NCBI GenBank assembly: GCA_947303785.1
Contig: CAMYZH010000005.1
Span: forward strand, 1-50,050
From: an uncultured Clostridium sp.
GTDB taxonomy: Bacteria; Bacillota; Clostridia; TANB77; CAG-508
DNA: 50,050 nt
Reading direction: 5' to 3'
The position numbers and the translations under genes are program-made. The notes below the pieces were generated by a model that was given only the letters and a program-made list of their open reading frames with translations, made no database searches and was not told the DNA's origin. How positions within the stretch are numbered: position 1 is the first letter of the stretch; the number at the start of each line of letters is the position of its first letter. This document shows, one piece after another, positions 10,354-19,696 of this stretch.

Positions 10354-11295
10354 ATGGCTTTAAAAATTGTATTTATGGGAACTCCTGATTTTGCAAGAGA
10401 TTCATTAAAATCTATAGTCCAGGCAGGTCATGATATAAAACTAGTTGTTACAAATCCTGATAAACCAAAGGGTAGAGGAATGAAAATGGTTCCATCAGAA
10501 GTTAAGATTTATGCCTTAGAAAACGGATTGGAAATAGAACAGCCACAAAGAGTTAGAAATAATCCAGAATTTGTTCAAAAATTAAAAGATATAAATCCTG
10601 ATGTGATTTGTGTTGTTGCATATGGAAAAATAATTCCTAAAGAAATCTTGGAAATTCCAAGGCTTGGATGTATAAATGTTCATGGATCGCTTCTTCCTAA
10701 ATATAGAGGAGCTGCTCCTATTCAATGGGCAGTATTAAATGGAGATAAAGAAACTGGAATAACAACTATGTATATGGATGAGGGAATGGATACAGGAGAT
10801 ATAATTTTAACCAAAAAAGTTGAAATCGGTGATGATGAAACAACAGGAGAGTTGTGGGATAGGTTATCACAAATTGGTGGAAAGTTATTAGTTGAAACAT
10901 TAGAAAAAATAGAAAATGGCACTAATTCAAGAACAAAGCAACCAATAGAATTTACATTGGCTCCGATGATTGATAAGGAAATTGCTAAAATTGATTGGAA
11001 TAATAAGACATCACAGGAAATAAAAAATTTAGTAAGAGGTTTAAATCCTTTTATGGGAGCATATACTTTTTACCATGATAAAAAAATTAAAATTTGGAAA
11101 GTTAGTATTTTAGATGAAAAAACTGATAAAATCCCCGGAACAGTTCTTGTTTCTAATCCAAAAGATGGTCTTAAGATAGCTACTATAGATGGAAGTATTT
11201 CAGTTCTAGAGATTCAAGGAGAAAACTCTAAGAAGATGTCAGTTTTTGATTATTTAAGAGGTAATAGTATTGAAGTTGGAACCAGATTTAATTAA
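10354..11295 (+). CDS. fmt: Methionyl-tRNA formyltransferase
   Basis: FMGTPDFA, NVHGSLLPKYRGAAPIQ, MDTGD. Confidence 0.97.
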   Translation: MALKIVFMGTPDFARDSLKSIVQAGHDIKLVVTNPDKPKGRGMKMVPSEVKIYALENGLEIEQPQRVRNNPEFVQKLKDINPDVICVVAYGKIIPKEILEIPRLGCINVHGSLLPKYRGAAPIQWAVLNGDKETGITTMYMDEGMDTGDIILTKKVEIGDDETTGELWDRLSQIGGKLLVETLEKIENGTNSRTKQPIEFTLAPMIDKEIAKIDWNNKTSQEIKNLVRGLNPFMGAYTFYHDKKIKIWKVSILDEKTDKIPGTVLVSNPKDGLKIATIDGSISVLEIQGENSKKMSVFDYLRGNSIEVGTRFN

Positions 11296-11298
11296 TGG

Positions 11299-11327
11299 TT
11301 GTAAAACTTTTATATAATTGATATACT
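11299..11327 (+). promoter_or_regulatory. sigma-A-like promoter with extended -10
   Basis: TTGTAA-17bp-TATACT with TGn. Confidence 0.55.
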
Positions 11328-11346
11328 AATACTATTAAAGAAAGGG

Positions 11347-11736
11347 ATGAAAAATATGGATGAAGAAAATAGCCTTCAAGAAGTAAATGTTGAAAATGGT
11401 GATGGTGAGGGAATAAGAATTGCAAATGATGTAATTGCAGCTATTGCTAATAAAGCAGCTTCAGAAGTTCACGGAGTATTTAGCATGTCTGGTGGAATAT
11501 CAGATGTTTTTGGAAAGAAAATGTCAAAAGGAATTAAAGTTGATGCAGGTGAAAAAAGCACTAAAATAGATGTAAATATAATTGTTGAATATGGTGTCAG
11601 AATTCCGGATATAGCTTTTGAAATTCAAAATAGAGTAAAAAAAGCAGTTGAATCTATGACTGGTTTAGAAGTGCTTGAGGTTAATGTACATGTTCAGGGA
11701 GTTAATTTACCTGATGATGATAGTTCAAAAGAATAA
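11347..11736 (+). CDS. Asp23/Gls24 family envelope stress protein
   Basis: IRIANDVIAAIA...KGIKV...IVEYGVRIPDIAFEIQNRVKKAVESMTGL. Confidence 0.9.
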   Translation: MKNMDEENSLQEVNVENGDGEGIRIANDVIAAIANKAASEVHGVFSMSGGISDVFGKKMSKGIKVDAGEKSTKIDVNIIVEYGVRIPDIAFEIQNRVKKAVESMTGLEVLEVNVHVQGVNLPDDDSSKE

Positions 11737-11753
11737 TTATAAGGAGAATTAAT

Positions 11754-12296
11754 ATGAGATTACTTGAAAGATTTAGTATTATAGTTTTTTCAATTATAGT
11801 TTTTATCTTATCAATAATGTGTATTTTACTTGGTACAGAAGCAATTAGTACAAGCTTTATTGATGATATAGCTTATTTTTTAAATGAGAATATTGTTGCA
11901 ACTATATGTATTAGCTTAATTATGTGTTTATGGGCTATTGCAAATATTTTTATGAAGAGTGATACAGATAGAGAGATTTCAAATGGTGTTTTACTAGAGA
12001 ATGAAAATGGTTCTCTTCTTATTACTAAAGAATCTATATCAAGTTTAGTAGAAACAGTTCTTAGAAGAAACCAAGATTTAAAGGAATCTAATGTGAAAAT
12101 TGAATTTGATTCTAATAAAGATATTATAATTAATTTGAATGCTGTTGTTAAAGATAGTACTATAATTAAGGATATATCTACAAAAATCCAAGAAGAAATA
12201 AAACACAGTGTTAAAAGAGCAACTGATCTTGAGGTAAGTAGTATAAATATAAAAATAAAAAGTGTTGAAGCGGAGAAAAAACAGCAGGTTCAATAA
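11754..12296 (+). CDS. amaP: Alkaline shock response membrane anchor AmaP-like
   Basis: Two TM helices plus Asp23-like C-terminus; position between asp23 and DUF2273/nusB. Confidence 0.75.
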   Translation: MRLLERFSIIVFSIIVFILSIMCILLGTEAISTSFIDDIAYFLNENIVATICISLIMCLWAIANIFMKSDTDREISNGVLLENENGSLLITKESISSLVETVLRRNQDLKESNVKIEFDSNKDIIINLNAVVKDSTIIKDISTKIQEEIKHSVKRATDLEVSSINIKIKSVEAEKKQQVQ

Positions 12297-12309
12297 AGGA
12301 GAGATGTTT

Positions 12310-12514
12310 ATGGATAAAATTTTAGACTTTATATCTAAATATAGATATCCAATTATAGGATTTTTATTTGCATTGATTATTGTAGTTACTGGTTTATATA
12401 GATTAATAATTCCAATTGCAGTTATTGTTTTGCGGAATATATGGTGGTTTATATTTTCAGAAAAATAGAGAAGAAGTTAAAGAAAAAATAAAAAATTTAA
12501 TTGATAAGTTATAA
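12310..12514 (+). CDS. DUF2273-like small membrane protein with +1 shift at CGG (12433-12435); ~67 aa
   Basis: [41 protein letters not shown](C)[26 protein letters not shown]; conserved asp23-amaP-DUF2273-nusB order. Confidence 0.7.
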
Positions 12515-12539
12515 AAAATGTTGTGAGGAAGGAATTAAT

Positions 12540-12938
12540 ATGAATAGATCAACAATGAGAGATTTAGCATTTAAAATGATATATGGGATGGAAATTCAGA
12601 AAGAATTAAGTAAAGAACAAGTTGAATTATATATTGAAGATAATGAAATTACTGATAGTAATGCAATTGAATATTTGAATTCTATATTTGGTGGAATTGA
12701 AAAAAATAATGAAACTATTTTAGCTATGATTTCTGAAAACTTAAAGAAAGACTGGAGTATTGATAGAATTTCTAAAGTTAATTTAGCAATTTTGAAAATT
12801 GCAATTTATGAAATTAAATATCAAGAATTGCCTTTTAAAGTAGCGATAAATGAAGCTGTTGAACTTGCTAAAAAATATGGAGATGATAATGCACCCGTAT
12901 TTGTTAATGGAGTTTTGGCAAGTATTGTTAATAAATAA
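12540..12938 (+). CDS. nusB: Transcription antitermination factor NusB
   Basis: WSIDRIS...ILKIAIYE...[13 protein letters not shown]...FVNGVL. Confidence 0.95.
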   Translation: MNRSTMRDLAFKMIYGMEIQKELSKEQVELYIEDNEITDSNAIEYLNSIFGGIEKNNETILAMISENLKKDWSIDRISKVNLAILKIAIYEIKYQELPFKVAINEAVELAKKYGDDNAPVFVNGVLASIVNK

Positions 12939-12959
12939 TTTACAAAAGTGAGGTTTTAA

Positions 12960-14180
12960 ATGAAGATTGAACCAATAACAGTTTCTGATTTAAATAGATA
13001 TATTAAAAATAAAGTAGCAGATGATGAATATTTAAAAAGTGTGTTTGTGAGAGGAGAAATATCTAATTTCAAACATCATTATACTGGGCATATGTACTTT
13101 ACGCTTAAAGATGAGAATTCTTTAATAAAATGTATTATGTTCAAATCATCAACAGCTACTTTAAATTTTGTTCCAAAAGATGGAATGAAAGTAAATGTTT
13201 TAGGAAGTGTTGGAGTTTTTGAAAGAGATGGTGTTTATCAAATATATGTACAAGCAATGCAAGAAGATGGTATAGGAGATTTGTATGCAAAATTTAATGC
13301 CCTTAAGGAAAAATTAGAAAAACAAGGTTTATTTGATCAATCGCATAAAAAGAAGATTCCTATGATGCCCAAAATAATTGGAGTTTTAACTTCTAATACT
13401 GGTGCTGTAATTAGAGATATTATAAATGTATCAACAAGAAGAAATCCAAATTGTTACATACGATTATATCCAGTTCCAGTTCAAGGACCTGGAGCTGCTG
13501 AAAAAATTGCAGAAGGAATTAAGTTTATGAATGAAAAAAAATTAGCAGATGTGCTAATAGTTGCAAGAGGAGGCGGTTCTCTTGAAGATTTATGGCCATT
13601 TAATGAAGAGGTTGTTGCACATGCAATTTATGAATCTGAACTTCCAATTATTTCTGCAGTTGGACATGAAACAGATTTTACTATAGCTGATTTTGTTGCA
13701 GATTTAAGAGCACCTACACCTTCAGCTGCTGCAGAGCTTGCTGTTACTGATATATTTGATTTGCAAGATAGAATTGGGTTATATCAGAATAGGTTAAGAA
13801 TTTTACTAAAAAAGAAAATTGATTTTTCTAAAATGAGATATGAAAAGTGCTTAAAATCAAGAGTGTTTACAGATCCAAAGTATTTGGTAAAAGATAGATA
13901 TATGATGCTAGAGTCTCTTATGAAAGACATGGAAAAAAGTATTACTTCAAAAATAAAAGATTATAAACTCAGCATGGTTGAAAAAATAGCAAAACTGGAC
14001 AGCTTAAGTCCTTTAAAAACATTAGCTAGAGGATATAGTGTTATTGAAAAGGATAAAAAAATAGTAAAGTCTGTAAAAGATGTGCAAGAAGGTGATTCCT
14101 TAAATATCAGAGTTTCAGATGGAAATATTAGTGCGAAAGTGTCAAATGGGACGCCCTTTTTTGACACACATAAAAATTAA
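12960..14180 (+). CDS. xseA: Exodeoxyribonuclease VII large subunit
   Basis: GEISNFK..GHMYFTLKD, ARGGGSLEDLW, SAVGHETD, RAPTPSAAAE, LARGYS. Confidence 0.96.
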   Translation: MKIEPITVSDLNRYIKNKVADDEYLKSVFVRGEISNFKHHYTGHMYFTLKDENSLIKCIMFKSSTATLNFVPKDGMKVNVLGSVGVFERDGVYQIYVQAMQEDGIGDLYAKFNALKEKLEKQGLFDQSHKKKIPMMPKIIGVLTSNTGAVIRDIINVSTRRNPNCYIRLYPVPVQGPGAAEKIAEGIKFMNEKKLADVLIVARGGGSLEDLWPFNEEVVAHAIYESELPIISAVGHETDFTIADFVADLRAPTPSAAAELAVTDIFDLQDRIGLYQNRLRILLKKKIDFSKMRYEKCLKSRVFTDPKYLVKDRYMMLESLMKDMEKSITSKIKDYKLSMVEKIAKLDSLSPLKTLARGYSVIEKDKKIVKSVKDVQEGDSLNIRVSDGNISAKVSNGTPFFDTHKN

Positions 14181-14221
14181 ATAAAGAAAGTGTGTCAAAA
14201 AAGGGCGTCCCATTTGACACT
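14138..14221. repeat. Perfect 32-bp inverted repeat with 20-nt spacer (REP/REPIN- or MITE-like)
   Basis: AGTGTCAAATGGGACGCCCTTTTTTGACACAC (14138-14169) is the exact reverse complement of 14190-14221; each arm has internal GTGTCAAA...TTTGACAC. Confidence 0.85.
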
Positions 14222-14234
14222 AAGGAGGATATAT

Positions 14235-14459
14235 ATGAGTAAAGAAAAGGGTTTTGAAGAAATGTTAGATGAGTTAGAAACAATAGTAAGTGCTCTTGAA
14301 AAAGATGATTTAAAGCTAGATGATGCTATTTCTAAGTTTACTGAGGGCATGAAAATTGCCAAAGTTTGTAATAAAAAAATAGAAGAGGCTGAAAAGAAAA
14401 TTACTATTTTAATTAATGAAGATGGTGGTATCACCGAAAAAGATTTTACGGCAGAATAA
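14235..14459 (+). CDS. xseB: Exodeoxyribonuclease VII small subunit
   Basis: SD AAGGAGG; FEEMLDELETIVSALE..LKLDDAISKFTEGM..AEKKI. Confidence 0.93.
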   Translation: MSKEKGFEEMLDELETIVSALEKDDLKLDDAISKFTEGMKIAKVCNKKIEEAEKKITILINEDGGITEKDFTAE

Positions 14460-14477
14460 TAAAGGAGGTATTTTGAA

Positions 14478-16139
14478 ATGGAAGATATTGAAATTGCTAG
14501 GAGCATTAAACCAAAGAAAATTGGGGAAATAACAACTAAGCTTGCTATTCCTGAAGAATTTGTTGAACAATATGGTAAGTATAAGGCTAAAATTCAAAAT
14601 AAATATATGAATGAATTATCAAGTAGGGAAAATGGTAAAGTTATATTAGTTACATCTATTAATCCTACTCCATTAGGAGAAGGGAAAACCACAGTTTCAA
14701 TTGGTTTAGCTGATGCAATGAATAGAATTGATAAAAAAGCTATTTTAGCATTAAGAGAACCTTCTATGGGACCTGTATTTGGCATAAAAGGTGGTGCTAC
14801 AGGAGGTGGATATGCTCAGGTAGTTCCTATGGAAAATATTAATTTACATTTTACTGGTGATATACATGCTATTACTTCAGCTAATAATTTATTGGCTGCG
14901 ATGATTGATAATCATTTATATTTTGGAAATAAGTTAAATATAAAAAGAGTAACTTGGAAAAGATGCTTAGATTTAAATGATAGATCTCTTAGAAAAGTTC
15001 AAATTGGTTTATCTTCCGAAAAAAGAATGGTTTCAAGAGAAGATGGATTTGATATAAGTGTTGCTTCAGAAGTTATGGCAATTTTTTGTTTAGCAAAGGA
15101 TTTAGACGATTTAAAACGTAGACTTGGAAACATAATAATTGGATATAATAATGAAGATAAGCCTGTATTTGCTAGAGACTTGAAAGCCGAAGGCGCAATG
15201 ACAGTATTATTACAAGAAGCCTTTAATCCAAATATTGTTCAAACATTAGAAGGAACTCCGGCAATTATTCATGGTGGACCTTTTGCTAATATTGCACATG
15301 GATGTAATAGTATAGTTGCAACTAAAATGGCAATGAAGCTAGGTTATTATGTAATAACTGAAGCTGGATTTGGAGCAGATTTAGGAGCCGAAAAATTTTT
15401 TGATATAAAATGTAGAACTGCTGGAATTGTTCCATCTTGTGTTGTTTGTGTAGCTACAATTAAAGCTTTAAAATATCATGGTGGACAAGAAATAAGTGAT
15501 ATAAAAAATGAAAATTTAGAATGCCTTGAAAATGGAATTGGAAATCTAATAAAACATATTGAGAATATTAAAAATATTTATAAAAGACCTGTAGTAGTTG
15601 CTATTAACAGATTTGTGCAAGATACTGATAATGAAATACAATTATTAAAAGAAAAGCTAGCAGAAGTTGGAGTTGAAATGAGTTTAACTGAAGTTTGGGC
15701 CAAAGGTGGAGAAGGAGCAATAGATTTAGCTGAGAAAGTTATAAGTATTGCTGATAATGCAAAAACAATGGAATATGCATATCATCTTAATGATACAATT
15801 GAAAATAAAATTAGATCTGTTGCACAAAAAGTTTATGGAGCGCGTGATGTTATTTTTTCAGATGAGGCAATGGAAGAAATTCAAAGAATTGAAAAATTAG
15901 GATATGGAAATTACCCTGTATGCATTGCTAAAACACAATATTCTTTTTCAGATGATCAAAAAAATCTTGAATGTAAAGAACCATTTGATATTCATGTTAG
16001 AGAAATAATATTAAAAAATGGTGCAGAATTTGTTGTTGCAATTACTGGAAATATATTCACAATGCCAGGACTTCCAGAGATACCGGCAGCAGAAAAAATT
16101 GATTTAGATGATTTTGAAAATGTTATTGGACTTTTTTAA
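14478..16139 (+). CDS. fhs: Formate--tetrahydrofolate ligase
   Basis: PTPLGEGKTT, KGGATGGGY, HFTGD, HGGPFANIAHG, TEAGFGADLG, AKTQYS, MPGLP. Confidence 0.97.
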   Translation: MEDIEIARSIKPKKIGEITTKLAIPEEFVEQYGKYKAKIQNKYMNELSSRENGKVILVTSINPTPLGEGKTTVSIGLADAMNRIDKKAILALREPSMGPVFGIKGGATGGGYAQVVPMENINLHFTGDIHAITSANNLLAAMIDNHLYFGNKLNIKRVTWKRCLDLNDRSLRKVQIGLSSEKRMVSREDGFDISVASEVMAIFCLAKDLDDLKRRLGNIIIGYNNEDKPVFARDLKAEGAMTVLLQEAFNPNIVQTLEGTPAIIHGGPFANIAHGCNSIVATKMAMKLGYYVITEAGFGADLGAEKFFDIKCRTAGIVPSCVVCVATIKALKYHGGQEISDIKNENLECLENGIGNLIKHIENIKNIYKRPVVVAINRFVQDTDNEIQLLKEKLAEVGVEMSLTEVWAKGGEGAIDLAEKVISIADNAKTMEYAYHLNDTIENKIRSVAQKVYGARDVIFSDEAMEEIQRIEKLGYGNYPVCIAKTQYSFSDDQKNLECKEPFDIHVREIILKNGAEFVVAITGNIFTMPGLPEIPAAEKIDLDDFENVIGLF

Positions 16140-16166
16140 AGTTGTTTTAAAATTAATAATTATATG

Positions 16167-16200
16167 ATTGCAAGTAATTTTATATTTACTTGCAATTTTT
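16167..16200 (+). terminator. Intrinsic terminator after fhs
   Basis: ATTGCAAGTAA-8nt-TTACTTGCAAT followed by T run. Confidence 0.75.
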
Positions 16201-16262
16201 GTATAATTTAGAAATAACTTACAAATACTAGTAATAAAGATATTGATATTTGTGGAGGAATT

Positions 16263-16904
16263 ATGAGAAAAAAGTTATTTCTAATATGTTTAATTTTTGT
16301 TTTTATTGTAGGAGCATCTTTGACTGTATATTCTACTTCTAGAAGAGGTTCTAGTGGAAATGAAGTTAGACAAATTCAAGAAAAGCTAAAAAGGTGGGGA
16401 TATTATAATGGAGCTGTTGATGGGATATATGGAAGTAAAACAGAAGCTGCAGTAAAGAGTTTTCAAAAAAAGAATGGGCTTACTGCTGATGGAATTGCTG
16501 GAAAAAAGACATTGGCAGCAATGGGAATAAATTCAAGTAGTTCAAGTTCTAGTGGCAATGATTTAAATTTATTAAGTAAAGTAGTTTATGCCGAGGCAAG
16601 AGGAGAGCCATATTCAGGACAAGTTGGAGTTGCAGCTGTTGTTTTAAATAGAGTATCAAGTTCGTCTTTTCCAAATACTGTAGCAGGAGTAGTTTATCAA
16701 TCAGGTGCATTTGATGCAGTTTCAGATGGACAAATCAATTTAACACCTGATTCAACTGCAAGAAAAGCAGCTCAGGATGCGCTAAATGGATGGGATCCAA
16801 CATATGGTTGTATCTATTATTTTAATCCATCAACTGCAACAAGTAAGTGGATTTGGTCAAGGCCACAAGTTATTCATATTGGAAAACATATTTTTTGTAG
16901 ATAG
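16263..16904 (+). CDS. sleB: Spore cortex-lytic enzyme SleB
   Basis: Signal peptide, PG-binding domain (VDGIYGSKT), Hydrolase_2 domain ([20 protein letters not shown]). Confidence 0.93.
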   Translation: MRKKLFLICLIFVFIVGASLTVYSTSRRGSSGNEVRQIQEKLKRWGYYNGAVDGIYGSKTEAAVKSFQKKNGLTADGIAGKKTLAAMGINSSSSSSSGNDLNLLSKVVYAEARGEPYSGQVGVAAVVLNRVSSSSFPNTVAGVVYQSGAFDAVSDGQINLTPDSTARKAAQDALNGWDPTYGCIYYFNPSTATSKWIWSRPQVIHIGKHIFCR

Positions 16905-16920
16905 AAATTTTAAAAAATAG

Positions 16921-16950
16921 AAGGCAGTTTCAATAATCTGAAACTACCTT
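16921..16950. terminator. Bidirectional terminator between convergent sleB and MFS gene
   Basis: AAGGCAGTTTCA-ATAATC-TGAAACTACCTT hairpin with A/T flanks. Confidence 0.65.
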
Positions 16951-16953
16951 TTA

Positions 16954-18267
16954 TTACTTTACTTCTTTAAAATCGATATCATGTTGTGGATAATCTTCAG
17001 GTTTTAATCCAACCCTAGATTTCATATAATTTAAAAGTAAAAATATAATTATAGATGAGGCAATACCAAATATAATATTGGCATGTGCAGTATCTGTAAA
17101 AGTAAGTATAGCAGAACCAATAAGAGAGATAATACCAGTAATAATTCCTTCTATAATATTACTTGCAGATATTATTTTAATTCTCATACTACTTGTTGAA
17201 AAACTGCTTAAGTATTGCTTAATTAATGTTTGATATGGACCTTTAATTATATATTGAATTCCAAACATAATAATTATAATTGGAATTGCAATATTGAAAG
17301 GAATCTTTAAAACAACAACAATACCAGATATTAAAATTGATATTACATAATAAATACCGAAATATGTTAAAGTCTTATTTTTTAATTTTTTATTAAATTT
17401 AATAGATTGTGCTGATGAAACTGCAGCGAGTAATCCTAAGATTGCAAATACTATTCCTATTATTTTTGCATTTATTCCAATTTCAGATAACATACTTCTA
17501 CGATAGCTAGTAAATAAATATATTAGAGACATAAAATATGCATTGTAAAATATAAGAGATTTTAATCTTCCTGATGAAAAAATAAATCTAAAAGCATTTT
17601 TTAAGTTTCTTATATAATGTCTTAAACTAGCTTGTGTTGATTTAGTTTTATAATGATCTTCATTTTCATTAGAGATGTCTTCAGGAACTTCTGAAAACTG
17701 ATGTGCAAGCAATGTGGATATTATAGTACAAATTAGTGCAAGTACCATTGGAATATATGGATTTATGGTATATAGCAAGCCAGAAGCTATGCAGGAAATT
17801 GCTTCAAACGCATAATACAATGCAGAAGATCTTCCTTCGATTTTTGAGAATTTTTTATGTCTATCATTGGATTTTGGAATAGAATCATACAATAAATTTG
17901 ATTCACATGAATTTTTAAAAGCAAATCCAATTGCACCTATAAAATCTGCTATAAGGAGGATTACGCATGAATTGCATCCAAGTATGAATAACATATAAAT
18001 TACAAGACATAAGTTTCCAAAAATTAAACCAGAACGTTTTCCATTTTTTTCTACAAATAAAGTAGTAGGTATTTGAAATATAACTTTAAAAAATGGAAAA
18101 AACGAATCTGCAAAAATAATTTGAGCAAATGTTAATCCTTTGACACTATTTAAAAATATCATCGATACAGCATAATAAAACAATAGGTCATATGAGAACA
18201 TTTTATAAATAATATAAATTAAAATATTTTTTCTTTTCTTTTTTTCTACTATTTTTTCACTTTCCAA
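16954..18267 (-). CDS. MFS transporter
   Basis: ~12 hydrophobic segments; QIPTTLFVEKNGKR motif-A-like; LLYDS. Confidence 0.85.
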   Translation of the reverse strand: MESEKIVEKKKRKNILIYIIYKMFSYDLLFYYAVSMIFLNSVKGLTFAQIIFADSFFPFFKVIFQIPTTLFVEKNGKRSGLIFGNLCLVIYMLFILGCNSCVILLIADFIGAIGFAFKNSCESNLLYDSIPKSNDRHKKFSKIEGRSSALYYAFEAISCIASGLLYTINPYIPMVLALICTIISTLLAHQFSEVPEDISNENEDHYKTKSTQASLRHYIRNLKNAFRFIFSSGRLKSLIFYNAYFMSLIYLFTSYRRSMLSEIGINAKIIGIVFAILGLLAAVSSAQSIKFNKKLKNKTLTYFGIYYVISILISGIVVVLKIPFNIAIPIIIIMFGIQYIIKGPYQTLIKQYLSSFSTSSMRIKIISASNIIEGIITGIISLIGSAILTFTDTAHANIIFGIASSIIIFLLLNYMKSRVGLKPEDYPQHDIDFKEVK

Positions 18268-18329
18268 TTTTTTAAAACTCCTTAATTTATGAGAAGTATA
18301 TCAATAATAATTTTTATTATCAACATAAA

Positions 18330-18358
18330 TTGACAAAAATAGAACATATTGATAAGAT
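18330..18358 (+). promoter_or_regulatory. sigma-A-like promoter
   Basis: TTGACA-17bp-TAAGAT with TGn. Confidence 0.6.
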
Positions 18359-18410
18359 TATAATAATAAAAAGCGATTTTAGTATGCAAAGCAAGAAAGG
18401 AAAATAAAAA

Positions 18411-18911
18411 GTGGATATATATCCTGATTTATATTTAGAAAGTGTAAAGAACATAAACTCAACATTACTTAAGAAAAATAATATAAAGGGTCTAATATTA
18501 GATGTAGATAATACTTTGATAGATTATGATAAAAATTTAGTTGCAGGAGCTGAAAAATGGTGTAGTGATCTAAAAAATGATGGTATAAAATGTATTATTG
18601 TTTCTAATAGTAATAAGAAAGCAAAAGTTTCTGATGTTGCAAAAAAATTAGATATTGAATATATAATGTTTGCAAAGAAACCTTTAAAATCAGGTTTTAA
18701 AAGGGCTTTGGATATTTTAGAATTAAATCCACAAGAAGTTGCAGTTGTAGGAGATCAGCTGTCAACCGATGTAATTGGAGCAAAGAGAATGAAAATGTTT
18801 TCAATTTTAGTAAAACAGGTTGGGCCTAAAGATATATTTATTACTAAAATTAAGAGACCTATTGAAAAAGCAATTTTAAATAAATACTTAAAGAAGAAAG
18901 GTAAAATTTAA
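18411..18911 (+). CDS. yqeG: YqeG family HAD IIIA phosphatase
   Basis: LDVDNTL, VSNS, AKKP, VVGDQLSTDVIGA. Confidence 0.9.
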   Translation: MDIYPDLYLESVKNINSTLLKKNNIKGLILDVDNTLIDYDKNLVAGAEKWCSDLKNDGIKCIIVSNSNKKAKVSDVAKKLDIEYIMFAKKPLKSGFKRALDILELNPQEVAVVGDQLSTDVIGAKRMKMFSILVKQVGPKDIFITKIKRPIEKAILNKYLKKKGKI

Positions 18912-18914
18912 AAA

Positions 18915-19676
18915 ATGTATATTAATAATATTCATATATTATTTTATTTATTAGCTGGTTTAATTGGTTGTATAGAAGGCCAAATAGTTGGAATGATAAA
19001 TAAAAGATTAATAGATCATGAAAAAATAATTGGAAAAGGTTCTTTAAAACAATTTAAACAAGAGTTAATTCCTCACTACGGAATTATGATGATAATGTTT
19101 ATTTTAAATATAGTTTTATTATATGTATGTGGAATAGATTTTAATAATTGGTATGGAAATATCAAGATAGTTAGCTATTTTATACTATTGCCATTTTTGA
19201 TATCAGCATTTTTAGTAGATTTAAAAGCTGAAATTATTCCAAATAGATTGGTTTTAACTATTTTTGAAATTGGTTTAATACTTTTAGTCGCAGAAGGAAT
19301 ATTTAGTCCTTCTGGAATGACAATTGCATTACATAGAATTGAGGGGATGGCTGTAGGTGGCTTAATATTTTTAATAATAACATTGCTTGGAGGTCTTATA
19401 GCTGGAAAAGAAGCTATGGGGATGGGAGATGTTAAATTTATTGGTGCACTTGGATTATTTTTTGGCCTAAAAAATATTATTGTTGTTTCGATTTTGGCAT
19501 TTTTGATTGGAGCAATAGGGAGTTTGGTGATTTTGATTTTAAAGATAAAAAAGCCAAATGAATATATACCTTTTGGACCATTTATAGCAATTTCTGCGAT
19601 GATTACAATGGCTTTTCCCGGAGAAATATTATTTGCGACAATTTGGATTGCACTTTCAGGGCAATGGATTAGATAA
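18915..19676 (+). CDS. Prepilin peptidase A24 family
   Basis: Catalytic VDLKAEIIPN and MGMGDVK motifs; IPFGPFI. Confidence 0.88.
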   Translation: MYINNIHILFYLLAGLIGCIEGQIVGMINKRLIDHEKIIGKGSLKQFKQELIPHYGIMMIMFILNIVLLYVCGIDFNNWYGNIKIVSYFILLPFLISAFLVDLKAEIIPNRLVLTIFEIGLILLVAEGIFSPSGMTIALHRIEGMAVGGLIFLIITLLGGLIAGKEAMGMGDVKFIGALGLFFGLKNIIVVSILAFLIGAIGSLVILILKIKKPNEYIPFGPFIAISAMITMAFPGEILFATIWIALSGQWIR

Positions 19677-19696
19677 AATTTAAAGGAGGTACTATT

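Noticed and set aside
14190..14234. N-terminal extension of xseB (MCQKRASHLTL)
   Set aside because: It is the right arm of the inverted repeat; the SD AAGGAGG precedes ATG 14235.
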